Positions 51,469 through 64,000 of a DNA stretch of 64,000 nucleotides are shown piece by piece. The stretch covers positions 763,371 through 827,370 of the forward strand of contig NW_018404352.1 of assembly GCF_002113885.1 (NCBI RefSeq), read 5' to 3'. This stretch comes from Mizuhopecten yessoensis. Its lineage: Eukaryota. Position 1 is the first letter of the stretch, and the number at the start of each line of letters is the position of its first letter. Both the position numbers and the translations under genes were made by a program. Below the pieces are notes generated by a model. The model was not told the origin of the DNA. It was given only the letters and a program-made list of their open reading frames with translations, and did not search any database.

Positions 51469-54400
51469 CTTTGTTAGATTATACTATATATTTATCGAAC
51501 AAACAACTTTCTAACCCGTCAAAGTTTCCTTTGATTTTAAACTGAACGTCGATTACTTGTCCTTTGCTTTCACTGAACTCATGTGATAAATAAAAATAGC
51601 AGTCATGCCTATTGGCGTGTATAAGGCCTTTTCGTTGTAATATAAAGTCAAAGGTTCAACGAGGTGCCCGGATCTGGGCATATATAATACACAACAAATC
51701 GTGAATTGCGAACTGTAAGGTATGCTTTATATTTAGATATTGAACGATTTCGACAAGTTTGAAAAGTGGATATATTTTGTCATTGCGATCAAAACAGTGA
51801 CTTTTTTAACAACTTTTCGATTTAAGGGATAGTTTTGGGGAATTCTGTAATGCCTCAGTTACAGTTATAAATTGCTTGATCGACTGATGTTTATTTTTAA
51901 TAGCCGCATAGACTATCGATATCAACCACCAACACCCTCTCCCCAAGTTCCCCCCTTTTTGTTTCATTCTATTTTTTTTATATTTAGAACTTGTGCAGAA
52001 CTTGTATAAATGTTTTCATATAGAATCTTACCCACTGAGTTTGTTCTTATCTAATGTCCCAGCGTAGGCTAAATTGATGTAACGGTTATATATGGTCATG
52101 CATGCGAGTTAAAATGGCGATTCCAAGTTAGAAATACCTTACAGTTATCGTGTTGGACGTGGTAAACGCATATGGTTCTGTACCAAACCAGGTATGGAAA
52201 ACTATGGAGCATCACTATGTCCAAGATCATATTATCAACTTTATTGTCAGCCTTTTATTGGGGATACATTTGAGATTCAGCTTTGATCAAGTTATAATAA
52301 ATCTGGATAAACATAAAGATTGGAATCATTACAGGGTACATACGATCGATGTGGTCGATACAATTCTTGTTATTTAAAGATAGCACAACATTGTTATATA
52401 GAATGTGAAATTAAATTACTCGTCAAGGATTTTTTTACTTTGTCCTAATAGACTTTTCAACTGATTCAGCTTCATATGAAAAGCAAAAATAAATTGGCCA
52501 GAAGAGGGTATGAGTTTGTTCCTATAGAAATGCCTACAGCATAACCGGACACACAATGATATTGTCAGTGAAGAACTCAGTCATTCTCACAATTTCATAC
52601 GCTCTTCTCAAAAACCGGTGGTGTATTGAGGACAAGCTCAGCCTATTTATTTGGTAGATTCCGTTTATTTCCGGCGTTTTAATGATTCATGTTATCTTCA
52701 TCAGTATGTCACAGGCGGCTGTTGTTGAGTTTCTATACGGAAGTAGATCGCGATGAAATTCTTGCTCTCTGTAATGTGTTTCCTGTTATCTCGGTATGCC
52801 GGATTATTGCAACAACTATGTATTTTGTATGAAATTTTGTTGTCAAAATATTAGAGATATATCGTTTTTTCATACATTTCGCTGCATCCCATCTTAAGAG
52901 ACATCCAATATAGGACCTCATGCAGAATCGGCGGTTTTTCCTAGGTTAAATATTGATCTGATCGCGGTAAGCTTCCCTTTCAAAGGTCGTCAGGTTTGAA
53001 TGTGTCGGCAATATGGATAGACTTTCAATGACGGATAGAAATCGTGCGATTGCGATGCTACAATCTGGGGCAGCAGAACATCATGTGTCGCATGTGATAA
53101 TTTTAACAAGGTTTACGATTAAATGTCTTTTGAAGTGTTATTGACGAGTATGACATGTCAACCAACTCCCTGGAGCCGGACGTCGACGTGAAATGGCGCC
53201 ATGTCAGGACCGCTTCATTCTTATTCCATGCATAGCGTCGAAACAGAGCGACGTTTACCGTTTTCCATGAGCAAACGCTGTGTTTAAGAAGTTAACAGAA
53301 ATTGCGGACACCCACGATATTGACGTTACAAGTGTATCTTTCCTGTGTACAGTTGTGACGTCTAAATCACGTGAAAAAATTTTTTGAATTATCTATTCGT
53401 CGTACTGTTTGACATATTCCCTCTTTGTTAGTTGACGGTATTCTTGATTCTGTGTAAAATGTGTCTCCAATAATTCATTTACGATTTAAAATCAACTTTA
53501 TTTACCTTGATCTGAATGGCCGGGAAATGAGCTTAAACCTCGTATTGGCCCAATTGAAATCTTGTACATCAATTCTTTAATGTTTTCGCTGCGCTAGCGG
53601 TAGATGGTTATGTTTTTAAAAAAGTCTCACTGTAGAGTCACATCTTACATGAAGTAGTCATGTGATGTTTTGGTGTACTAAAGTCACGTGACCTGTGCAT
53701 AATGTTTTTCCATGCTGACATTTTGAAAATCTCCTTAAAAATCAGTTACCCTCCTCCTCCCCTAATTTATATCCACCTTTATGTACTATTGTGTAAAAAT
53801 GCAATTGGTGCACATCTTTTTTTTTTGTAATTGTTTTATTTTTCACTACATAAAGGTCTTCACACACATTCTCTTTCACACACAAAAAAATGTATATGGA
53901 TGTGTACATGCATCATCATCATCATAACTACAATACACCTCACCCATAAACAATCTTCATCCTCATCATCATTATGAAAATATAGTTACCAATGCATCAG
54001 TACCTATCTCGCATAATAAACATCATCATCCTCATTATCATCATCATCATTATAATCTTCATTGCATTAATACCTCTCACACATAAACAATCATCTACCC
54101 TCATAATCATCTTCATGAAAATATAATTACAAATGCATCAATGCATGTCTTACACTATAAACATCATCATCATCATCATTGCCTCAATATGCTTCACATA
54201 ATACACAATTATCAGTATCATCATTATCATCATTGCATTACTATCTCTCACACAATAACAATCATCAACCCTCATCATCATCATCGTCATCATTATGAAA
54301 TTATAACTACCAATGTCTCAATATTGTTGCACATCTTCATTTTATATTTTGTTTCATTTGTTGTACATCTTTTAATTACAATAACTTCAGATGGGTGACG

Positions 54401-56044
54401 TTTACTTTGAAGCAAGCCCCATCATTTTTGGTTCTTTGAACACCTTATTATAAAAATAACACGAAGATGTATACATATGTTCGATTTCTGGGATTTAGAA
54501 ATAAATGTTCTTTTTCGACAACTTAAGTTTTTGATAATTTATCGACAAAAAACATAGCAGAGTATACCCTGTGTGTGCTGTTGGGTTTAGTGCAGACTTA
54601 ACACGATAATATAAGTAATGGTGCGGCCATTCTATTATCCACCAGACACGCATCAGGTGCATCATTAGGGTACTTAATCAATGTTCGGGGTGAGCAAAAA
54701 TATTTATTCTGAAAAAATATGCAGACAAAAAGAATGTACGTATAACGATATCGGATTTCCGATATCAAGCTCTTAGATCCATATAACCTCTTATTAAATC
54801 ACCAACAGGTAACAATCAATAAAAAAGAAGATATTCCTTTCAAATATTCGTAGCACACACACATAACACCTGTACATTGCCATCTTTATTACTCGCAGGC
54901 AAACTCAATATTCACTTAAACTACGTTATGGAAGCACCACCTCACTGTTTACGTCACCACATTAAAGCTTATAACTAATTATACAATTCGTGATTCAAAA
55001 TAAAATAATGGTACTACAAGATGTAATAATTTGCTGTCTTCGTTTTCATATTTACTCTATTTTCAAGACATTGTTATTGTGTTACATGTATGCACAAAAC
55101 AAAAAACACAGAAAATACCACTATTAAAGCCAATGATGCATTTTCATAGCGAAAACAAACCGGAAAAGATTATAAATGATGAAGACAAGATAACAAATAA
55201 TATAATAGAAACAAGTTTAACTATTTTATGATCGTAATTTACCAACATTGCCAGCAACAAAAACCCATTTAAATATACAAGCATAGATTTACAAAGAGAG
55301 GCCGGCCACACCATAAAAACAAGCCTCAACAAATCTTAAAAATATGCAAGTATGAAAAGTTGTGAAATACCCACTTGACGAGGAAGAGCGGGACGTACAA
55401 TATAATTTCACCCTTGAGTACACACTTGACTGATTTCAGTGAAACATTAAAAAGGGTGCGATCATCAATGAATAGGTTTGTTTATCAAGTAAGGTCATGA
55501 ACAATGTAACTGCATATGAGTTTGAGTAGAAATAGCTTATATTGCATCCGCTTTATTCTGAATGGAGTGGCCCATTAAACTGACTGTATTTCCCGTATGT
55601 TTTTGCTGAAAGCTTGAAATACTTGAGTAAACTATCGTGCTTATACATATAATCAATTGTAAATAAGTTTTGAATAGAAAATCATACCATTTATTTGGTG
55701 TTGTTTATTGTATTATTGCAAAACTGACCGATTAATCGGTAACTCGGTCGGGAGATTTTGACTAAACTTCGTTCGGTTTGACAATCTTTGTATTTACCTG
55801 TCATCTTTTAGTATGAATGGTGGTCGTTAATATATCCACGTTGTCAACTGCAGCTGTACAGTGATCTATTTTGACAAACGTATATAGTGTTTTCTTGATA
55901 CTACAAAGAAACACAACACATGGCCTGTTAAAACTCGTTATAGGATTTCCCACTGACGATATATGTAAGGTGAAAACAGAGACAGATTGTCTCAGTAAAC
56001 CATACAAAGTCGGTGTTCATTCATTCAAATATTGTCGCATTTGT

Positions 56045-57695
56045 TCATATTTGCATTACATGTACAGTACCACCACTACAGCCGATCCAAACATGTCCGC
56101 ACATGTCGACACACACAGCCAACGGATCTGTTACTGCATGTTTCTTGTCAAGGAGACACTTGGCCTTTCTTTCATTCCCCGATATGACGTATACCTGGTT
56201 AGTGTTATAGTCTGGTACAAATATTCTGTCATATTCATCACATGCTATATCGCTCTGCAACGTCTCTGTTATCTTCTGACCATTGTCCAGTTCCCCACTC
56301 CACTTGTGCATGATCTGGTCATATTTGTTGATGACAATCATTTCGTTACAATTCAAATAATCAGAGCCAGTGGTGACAGCTATATATCCTGTTGTCAAAT
56401 TAACTATACTAAGCCCATCTCCTCCACAGGATATTTGTCTGATCCTATCCCCAGACATGTTCAGTACCAGCATTGTTGGGGTGAGAGTAGTGACGAACAC
56501 CTCGTCAGTGTCACTGATACTGATACCTGAGGCGTTTAACGGACTGATGTCAGCAAAATCAGTCACTCGTCTGTCCTCAGATATATTGTGTATCAGCGAA
56601 GAATTCTTATACTCTGTGACCAGAAGTACTTTCTCATTGGACACGGTTAGACGCCACGGGTTAAAGTCAAGCTTGACAGACTCTGTGACGTTGCCTTCTT
56701 TGTTGACTTTGACCAATTCATTAGATTCATATACCGACATCCATACTTGATTATCGTCAGTAGGACATATTGAGTTGATTTGTGTCCGCTGAGGCATTTG
56801 GAATGTAGAAATCATTTGAACCTGTTGACAGTCAACTTCCTTCTTTTCATACTGCACGTCTTCATTCTTCAATACTTGTAAACGCCCAAACACTGTCTTC
56901 AATTGATCTTTGTTACGTTCACCAGGGACGAAGTGATGCTGGCGAGGTACCACGCTCTTTTTATTTACATCATACAGCGGTTTGGTGGTTTTCATTCTTC
57001 TAGTCATTTCAAATAAGGATGCACTAGATTTCGTTTCTGTGGCTTGTTCCACATCTTCCATCAGTTGTTTGATCTCTTTGACGTTTTTTTCGTGAGATTG
57101 ACAATCTCGAGTGTGGGATATTTCTTCTTCTTCAACCAAGGACGATAATTCGACCAAAACCGAGTCCGCTATGAAAATGAATTTCTTCTTTCAGTTTAAA
57201 TCTTTGCGTTTGTACTGATTGTCGGATGACTTCCACGTTCTCTTCGAACGATTTGCTCACCTCATGACGCTTTGATATATTGTCATTAAAATGGTCTAAG
57301 TTGGAGTCCAACGTTATCAATAGCTCTCGAAGGAACTGTTTTTGTACGTCAATTTCCAGTTCAATGTTTTTGAAAACGTGTTGGCTATGTTTCTCGGTAA
57401 AACAAGTTGCGCACATCATTATTTCACAATCACAACAATACAGGTCACATGATTTACCGTGGTGTGTCTTACATACCTCCGAGAGAAATGCCTGATTTTG
57501 TTTGATCGCCCTTGTAATTGGTACAACGACATCATTTCGTGTCTTTCTCGCGCGTTGGTGACTCTCTTTACAGCCGTCACATAAAGCCTCTTGACAGTCA
57601 TTACAGTACCAGTTAACGTCCTGTATGTTTTCACACCACGCACACGGATCAGGCACGTGCACCTGAGCACTCCGGATGGCTAGTTCACTTGTCAT
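56045..57695 (-). pseudogene. RING-less TRIM-like gene copy C, 1-nt insertion frameshift at ~57174-57180
   Basis: 1651 nt versus 1650 in copy B; atgaaaatgaatttc versus atgaaattaatttc. Confidence 0.78.
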
Positions 57696-58082
57696 CTTTG
57701 TCTGATTATACTACATATGTATCGCACAAACAACTTACTATCCTGCCGAAGTTTTCTTTTAAATTTAACAGAACGTTCCCTTTACTTATCGTTTGCTTTC
57801 GAAAATGAACACAGCGGTCATATCGATAGCGGTATTCAAAGTTTGTCTATGTAACGCAAGGTTCAAGGTTCAACGAGGTGTACTAAGTGGCAAATATAAT
57901 ACACAACAAATCGTGAATCATGAATTGGACTAGTTATTCCATGTTTATATCTTTACAAATTTCGACGACATTTGGAACGTTGATGTATTTTTTCCTTTCG
58001 ATCAGTATATTGCCTTTTTTTGAATATTCAGCATAAACAGTATGTATATATATATATGGTCCTTCGCTGCTGTTTATTCTAA

Positions 58083-58444
58083 TGTGGCGGTACTGGACTG
58101 GGTCGAACACCGATGACCAAGTAGGGTATCCTGGGTTCGAACCCCAGTCTGGCTGTTACATTTTCTCTTTCTTCTATTATAAAATTGGTGAGCTGGTCAA
58201 CCCTTGTTTCAAACATTGGGAGTATGCTTAGTCAGCAAGGGGATACCCAAACTTTGGTTTTAAATAGTTGTCTTCGGGGGCGAAGACTTAGAAAAAGAAG
58301 GGAGGAAATGTAGCAGAACTGGACTGTGTCGATCAATGGTGACCTATGCAGGTAGCTCAATTGCTAAAGCGTTTGGCTAGAGTTCAGAGGGTCCCAGGTT
58401 CGAACCCCAGTCTGGCCGTTACATTTTCTCTTTCTCCTGTTATA
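58083..58444 (+). mobile_element. Miniature non-autonomous LTR retrotransposon with tRNA-derived LTRs
   Basis: LTRs at 58083-58181 and 58309-58444 (TG...TA), tgg PBS-like start after LTR1, polypurine tract 58290-58308, 4-bp TSD ctaa on both sides. Confidence 0.75.
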
Positions 58445-59330
58445 CTAATATTGTGCTTGTAAAACAAGGTATTGAAATGAATCTGTAAAAATTAATTGTG
58501 ATAGTCAAAAAGTTGATTAGATTTTATAATCGAGTCCCTGGTTGCATTTTCCATTTTTTCTGCCGATATAATTAATTTGGGTCAGTAGACAGCGCCATTC
58601 CCCAAATAGTTGACCTTGTGTTTTTTCAAGTCAAGTCTAAAAATCTCATAAAGTCACCGATTTCATGAAACCTAAAAAAGGAAATCTGGAAAAGTATGTT
58701 TGTTTAGCTTTTTATCATCTCTGCCGTAGTGCGGGGTCACTATTGCCCTTGAAAAACACATGATTACTGTCAGCATGTAATGCGTCTGTTACATGCTGTG
58801 TTAACCAGAGAGTATGGTCACTGCAATGTCTATCTAATCCATCTTTGCCAGTCGGAAATATTACGCAAAAATGAAAAGGAGAAAACACACTTTTTTCTAG
58901 TCTTTTCTAGACACTCTGAACAGATTTTTTTTAATTAATGACTTTTCCATGTTTCTGAATTGATGCCATTACCTTGTATGTACTAGCTATAGGTAGATGG
59001 TGGTTTTAAGACTATCATATATTTAATTATTTTTTTATAAAGGTTGTCATCCCGTTACCTGTCACTACGCCCAAGTGTAAGGCCTTGTTTGGCTTTGAGG
59101 TGAATGATTCAGAAAAAGATTGCTTAGCATTTAAAAAGATAAGCAAATATCTTCAATGAAAATCACTACATGTGCTTTAGAACTTAGTGTGGTTTTCAGA
59201 AAATTGGATTTTATGCAACCTCTTTAACAGTACAAAACTTTGCATACATGTATTTAGAATTGTATATGCTCTGTCTAAAGTGAAATTACAATTAAGTATG
59301 ATTTGAATGATTTTTCCTTTGTTTTAACAG

Positions 59331-59426
59331 GAAGAATACTTGACTGTGATAAAAAGAGTGGATGATAACTGGGTGGAAGGGAAGAAAGGGGAGAAAATTG
59401 GCATCTTCCCCATCTCCTTTGTGGAG
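59331..59426 (+). CDS. Isolated SH3-domain exon, SH3RF/POSH-like
   Basis: Pyrimidine tract + aacag / 96 nt / gtaagt; [32 protein letters not shown]. Confidence 0.75.
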
Positions 59427-60939
59427 GTAAGTGTCTGAACAAGAGTTATATTCCTTTGATTGTTTTAAAATAAAGTCAGGCAACAAGTATCCAATTTTGT
59501 CCTATGGGACTTGTTATTTCAACTATTAATTCTAAGTCATTCTCCTATTCCTATCTTATCAGTAAGAATGTACAAACTGGAATGTGGTTTTTTTTTGAAA
59601 TAATAATCATCCATGTCGTGTTATTTCAGATAGGAACAAGTTTTTTTTGTTTTATATAGTTCCTTTTTCCAAATTTGGTGTTTATTTCATATAATCAAAA
59701 CAACAAAAATGAAATTTTGAATATGTATATATATTTGCTCAAGAATATCTTTCAATTCATTTTCGACTGCAGGGGTAGTTTTAGGGACTGCGGTTTGATC
59801 GAAACAAATTTATGAAATCGGTATCGATTTCCCCCTCATATTCCACTACTCTGTTGTACAATGATTTGATAATGGTTATATATAGAAATTACTCAGCGGC
59901 TTTGTTCAAATATAAGGTGTCAGAGTAGGCTAAATTTACGTAACATAACGGTCTGTAGATGCTAATATTTCTTTTGATATTTACTTATTATGGCGATGCA
60001 TCCAAGTTTAAAGTGACGATTTTAATAGCTCGAAGACGACTATTGGGGGTATATATTGTATGGTAGACTTCGATTCTCGTGATCGTGTTCCAAGAATCAG
60101 AGGGATTCATGACCTATACAATACGTTTAAAGATTTAACTACATTTACAGCAAAGCCGTGAGGAGGCAATATTATATATTTTTTTAGTTTTGTAAGTCGA
60201 TGCTGAAAATCAACAATGTGATCATTTAATTGACGCGATGGCCATTTCGTTAATTCAGTACTCATAAGGGGAACTTAAAATGAAAAGATTGAAAAAATTA
60301 AATGTCCCAAATGTTCCAAAATATTTTCGGAAGGGAAAAGTGCCTATATACCATTTATCATAAATTAAAAGTTTTTATTTAAATACTTTTTTATTATAAT
60401 TTCTTGTAAACCGTGTAACATATATTCTTTTTAAACACTATGGCCAATTTCGGGGACAAATAGCCCACCTGCTTGGTCTACCACCTTATGACACACACTT
60501 ATCAATAGAAAAACGAAGTACGTAAGCGTCAATAAATGTAAGCTGGAGACAGTGTCACTGTGGAGCCGTGGATGGTTTCGTATCTGTATTGTATAGAGAT
60601 ATTCACAAACGATGACATCACATTTAAAGACGACTGTGTCAATTTGTCAACTGCAATAGTAATAATAATTAACAACACACAAACAAATATGTGAATCATT
60701 AGCGTATCATTATATCACACGATGTGAAAGATATTTTAATTTTTACATGCATGCAGTTTTTATAAGCACGTGTATTGATCAGATAATCTGTTCATAGAGA
60801 ATGACAACACATGAAAAAAATGAGCCGTGAACCCCTTCTACACAGTGGTAAAATCCTTTGTGAAGCAGAAAGCGTTGCAGTATCGTGGATGTTATAAGAT
60901 GCAACAGTTCTTTATTTTAAAAAAAAGTGGTGCATTTCA

Positions 60940-62475
60940 TTAAATAACAATATTCATAAAGGTCATATACAATGAGACTGTAACGCCTGACACAGTTGAG
61001 TATATTCCAAATATCAGCAGAATAAAACATACTACCAGGGTAGCATATCTTTGTACTTTTCCTGTTAACGTATCCGGCTTTATCTCGTCGTAGGAAAGCA
61101 AAAGTTTGGCACTTGTAGGCACGACTATTACTCCAAAGAACCCCCAGACACAGCCTGTTAATGACATCAACCATTCGAATTCTGGAACCAAAAGGGTGAA
61201 GATGCCTACAAAAGATAATATATACTTCGCTGATGCATTGTATCGACATGGCGTTAATTTGATATCACACTGCATATTTCATTGTTAAACTGTAGAACTG
61301 GAATGACCGATCCACAGACCTGCATTAATTGGATTTATGTTATACACGACAAAAATACAGTAAACATATAGTGATAGCGAAGTTTAACCAAGATGAATGA
61401 CATAGTAACACTTCACTCACAGACAGCAACCAGGAAGATGAAACGAAAAACATATTCTCCGTAGTTTCGAATTAACTTCGAGGTGAATCTACTTTCTATC
61501 CTTCTCCAACCAACGTCAACGGGAACGAATACCACGACACTCGTTGTACAGTACAATGTGAGGAGGAACATGATCTTTAACGATTTGTACAACCTGGAAA
61601 TAAAATAAAGAAAAGATGAGAAGTGGAGTCCTGTTTGTGCCGTTTGAAAATGAATATTTTTTTTTAACATCATTCTTCTGATTTGATGAGTGTTGTTAAA
61701 TGTTTAGGTAACATTTATCTAACCGCTTCCGCCATGCTAAGGATTTCAAATACATATTATTTACTATTATGAAATCTGTTTCTGTATTTTAGACAATAAG
61801 TCTATTTACCGAAACTGACATTGCATTAAAAGCATCGACTTGGCTGGCATAAACCTTATTCATAAGCCCATTCCATGAAACATTGTATTGGAAACTTGAA
61901 TTAATAAATACTTTATAAACTCGAGGATAGAACAAAATCACTGAACAATGCCAATTATTGAATTTTGTGGAAATGAAAGCTTTGTCAGTTATTTTCACCA
62001 GATTATAGGATATTGACTGAGACAAATTATATGTTAATATCACGTTAAAATTCCGTTGTATTCACTCCTCAATTCATCTCAACTGTATTTCTTAATTGAT
62101 ATATAAGAAGATTAATTATTTGCATTCATCATAAAAATACGAGATGGAACGTGATAACGTAATCAACAAGTGTTGCAATGGTCCAACAGCTGATATTTAG
62201 AATGGTAACATAAAGTCCATACACTGCAATATGCAATCACAAGTGACCAAGTCTTGGGCAAATGATAGCTTCGCTTCACTAGGCCAATACACATACCAAT
62301 TATCGTTCGGGAGGTCAAGCAGATACATAACGTGCGTTAGTTCTCCAAATTTCAGATATCCGTAAAAACCACAGGCGGCATGAAAACATGTGACAACCAT
62401 CATAACTACACCCAGCACTCCGTACCAGCCGTCAAAGTGTTTGGTTGTCCTCATCCTGCTACGTACTGGTAACAC
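60940..62475 (-). CDS. SLC36/PAT-like amino acid transporter, paralog 3 (last three exons; rest beyond right edge)
   Basis: Exons 62475-62297 (179 nt), 61593-61421 (173 nt) and 61205-60940 (266 nt) have the same sizes and phases as paralog 2 and are highly similar to it. Confidence 0.9.
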
Positions 62476-63051
62476 CTGGTATGAGAAAGTTTGCATCATA
62501 TTACATATTCAGGAAGTGATGTACGTGACGACTCGTGCAATAACAATCTCTGAACATAAGGAACTAGTAAGATCTCCAGTGATTTCTATACGCTTAAAAC
62601 GTTCTTCCAAACTGACGTATAGCTTCCGCTTTTTTACTGTCAATACACGTACGTTTTGTTCAATTCAACACCATTATCCTTACCTAAAATTTCTTTCTAT
62701 TTGTTGTTTGTTTTCCCTATTTTTTGTTTTTTTTTATATATCAGTTCCTTTTGTTTATATACAGTTTCTGTAATCTGAGAACAGCATCTAAGAATGGGAG
62801 CGAACTGGCTTAATAATAATATAACCACTAGATCTGCAGACATTTGTGATGAGGATTAAGGCGATTCTATGTAAAGACAACCTCGGCGCAGACTTTCTCA
62901 GCCGGGCTATGAACCAGTAATTATAGGTTAAAGCCATAAACCTGCCGTTTATGTTGGACATTTTCCACATAAGTGTTGTCAGGATATCAAAAGAATATCT
63001 TTCCAGTTATAATGAGATAATGGGAAATAACAGATTCCTCTTATTCACAGG

Positions 63052-64000
63052 TTGTTACGGACATACTCTTAGAAAGGGGGAAGTGTCCTGGTATGAAATG
63101 TGTTTCTTTATTTTTTATACCTTTAGAATTAAGTTATATGTTTATGGACTAGCAATATATCAAGCGCAACTTGGCGGGAATTGAATTTGGTCGCTTGTTG
63201 TTTTATCCTGCTTTTCAATGTAGATATCGGCAGCTAAGGGGTTCACCTGTATTATGCCTGGTGGGATTTTTTAGCCAAACAGAAATAAGATCGATCGATC
63301 TCCCGGAAAAGGAGAAACCATTCACCTGGGCGGCGGGATGGTGTCAAGTGGTAGGGAAAGTGTCTATATATTGCAGTTCAGGGCTAGTTGTGGCCACGGA
63401 ACAGTTCCGTGGTGAACGTATTATTGGGTGGAGCTGGGCATGGCTTGAGCCAGGGCAGTACCAGTTCAAGATACATTGCATTGACGAACGACCTGAACTT
63501 TATCCGGACATCTTTGTGTACGTCTATAGCTGACCACACGGACTATCCCTCTACGGCTCGATCAGTACATCAACGTGGACGGCGATATACCTGGGATTCA
63601 CGCGCCGGGTCCCTCTCGTTATTGTGAAGTGGTAAAAGATACAGTAGCATCCAATATGTGACATTCCGAACAGAACTAGGTATTTGAACTGTGCATTGGA
63701 ACTGTGGATTAGAACTGTTTATTTGAAAGAACAGTCATTATAATTTCTTAGATCATGTAATACTTAGTCTTACAGTGAGTTAGAAAGTTTTCAGTCACTA
63801 TTATGTTATTGTAGTATGGTTATTACTTTGGACAACTAATAAATGGGTTATTTTGAATCTTCATATTGAAATATAATTTGCTAGTCATATGCTAAATATT
63901 GAAATACCTCAGTAACCACAGCAGTCAGTATTGTAATTTTTTATCTGGCTTGTGGAGTGGATTTTTGATAATATAGCACTTTATTCTTTGTTGAATTTTC
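63052..64000. mobile_element. Possible LTR of an intronic retroelement (runs off window)
   Basis: tgttac start, GC-richer block with TATA-like ctatatat at ~63364; no partner LTR or coding region visible. Confidence 0.25.

Larger units (their letters stand above)
45014..57481. repeat. Near-identical tandem segmental duplication, period 6226 bp
   Basis: Every ORF in 45.0-51.2 kb recurs at +6226; only a handful of SNPs and a 1-nt indel seen. Confidence 0.97.

Noticed and set aside
58346-58415. Functional tRNA gene
   Set aside because: Stems are degenerate and the sequence is part of an LTR
63171-63627. 120-aa and 79-aa plus-strand ORFs
   Set aside because: No recognisable domain; they lie within a probable intronic repeat

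Overview
AT-rich, intron-rich eukaryotic DNA. The repeat families suggest a bivalve mollusc (inference). The minus strand carries a tandem array of three SLC36/PAT-like amino-acid transporter genes, reconstructed exon by exon from splice sites and matching exon lengths. Paralog 1 is at <33-7771 and runs off the left edge, paralog 2 is at 26063-38483 with a 1-nt frameshift in its first coding exon, and paralog 3 is at 60940->62475 and runs off the right edge. Between paralogs 2 and 3 sit three single-exon RING-less TRIM-like genes (B-box1, B-box2, coiled coil, NHL-like propeller). Only the middle one is intact, and it is an A/C chimera at the junction of a near-perfect 6226-bp tandem duplication. 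An isolated, intact SH3RF/POSH-like SH3 exon lies on the plus strand (59331-59426) inside a ~1.7-kb segment absent from the sister promoters, next to a miniature LTR element with tRNA-derived LTRs. Repeats include a degenerate Crypton (tyrosine recombinase) with non-autonomous relatives, CR1-like LINE remnants (one with a 2A-like motif), HINE-like satellite elements, SINEs, MITEs, Tc1 and RT remnants, and two minisatellites. There is a 206-N gap. Most short ORFs in the track are spurious. All family assignments rest on motif recognition by eye; no searches were run.
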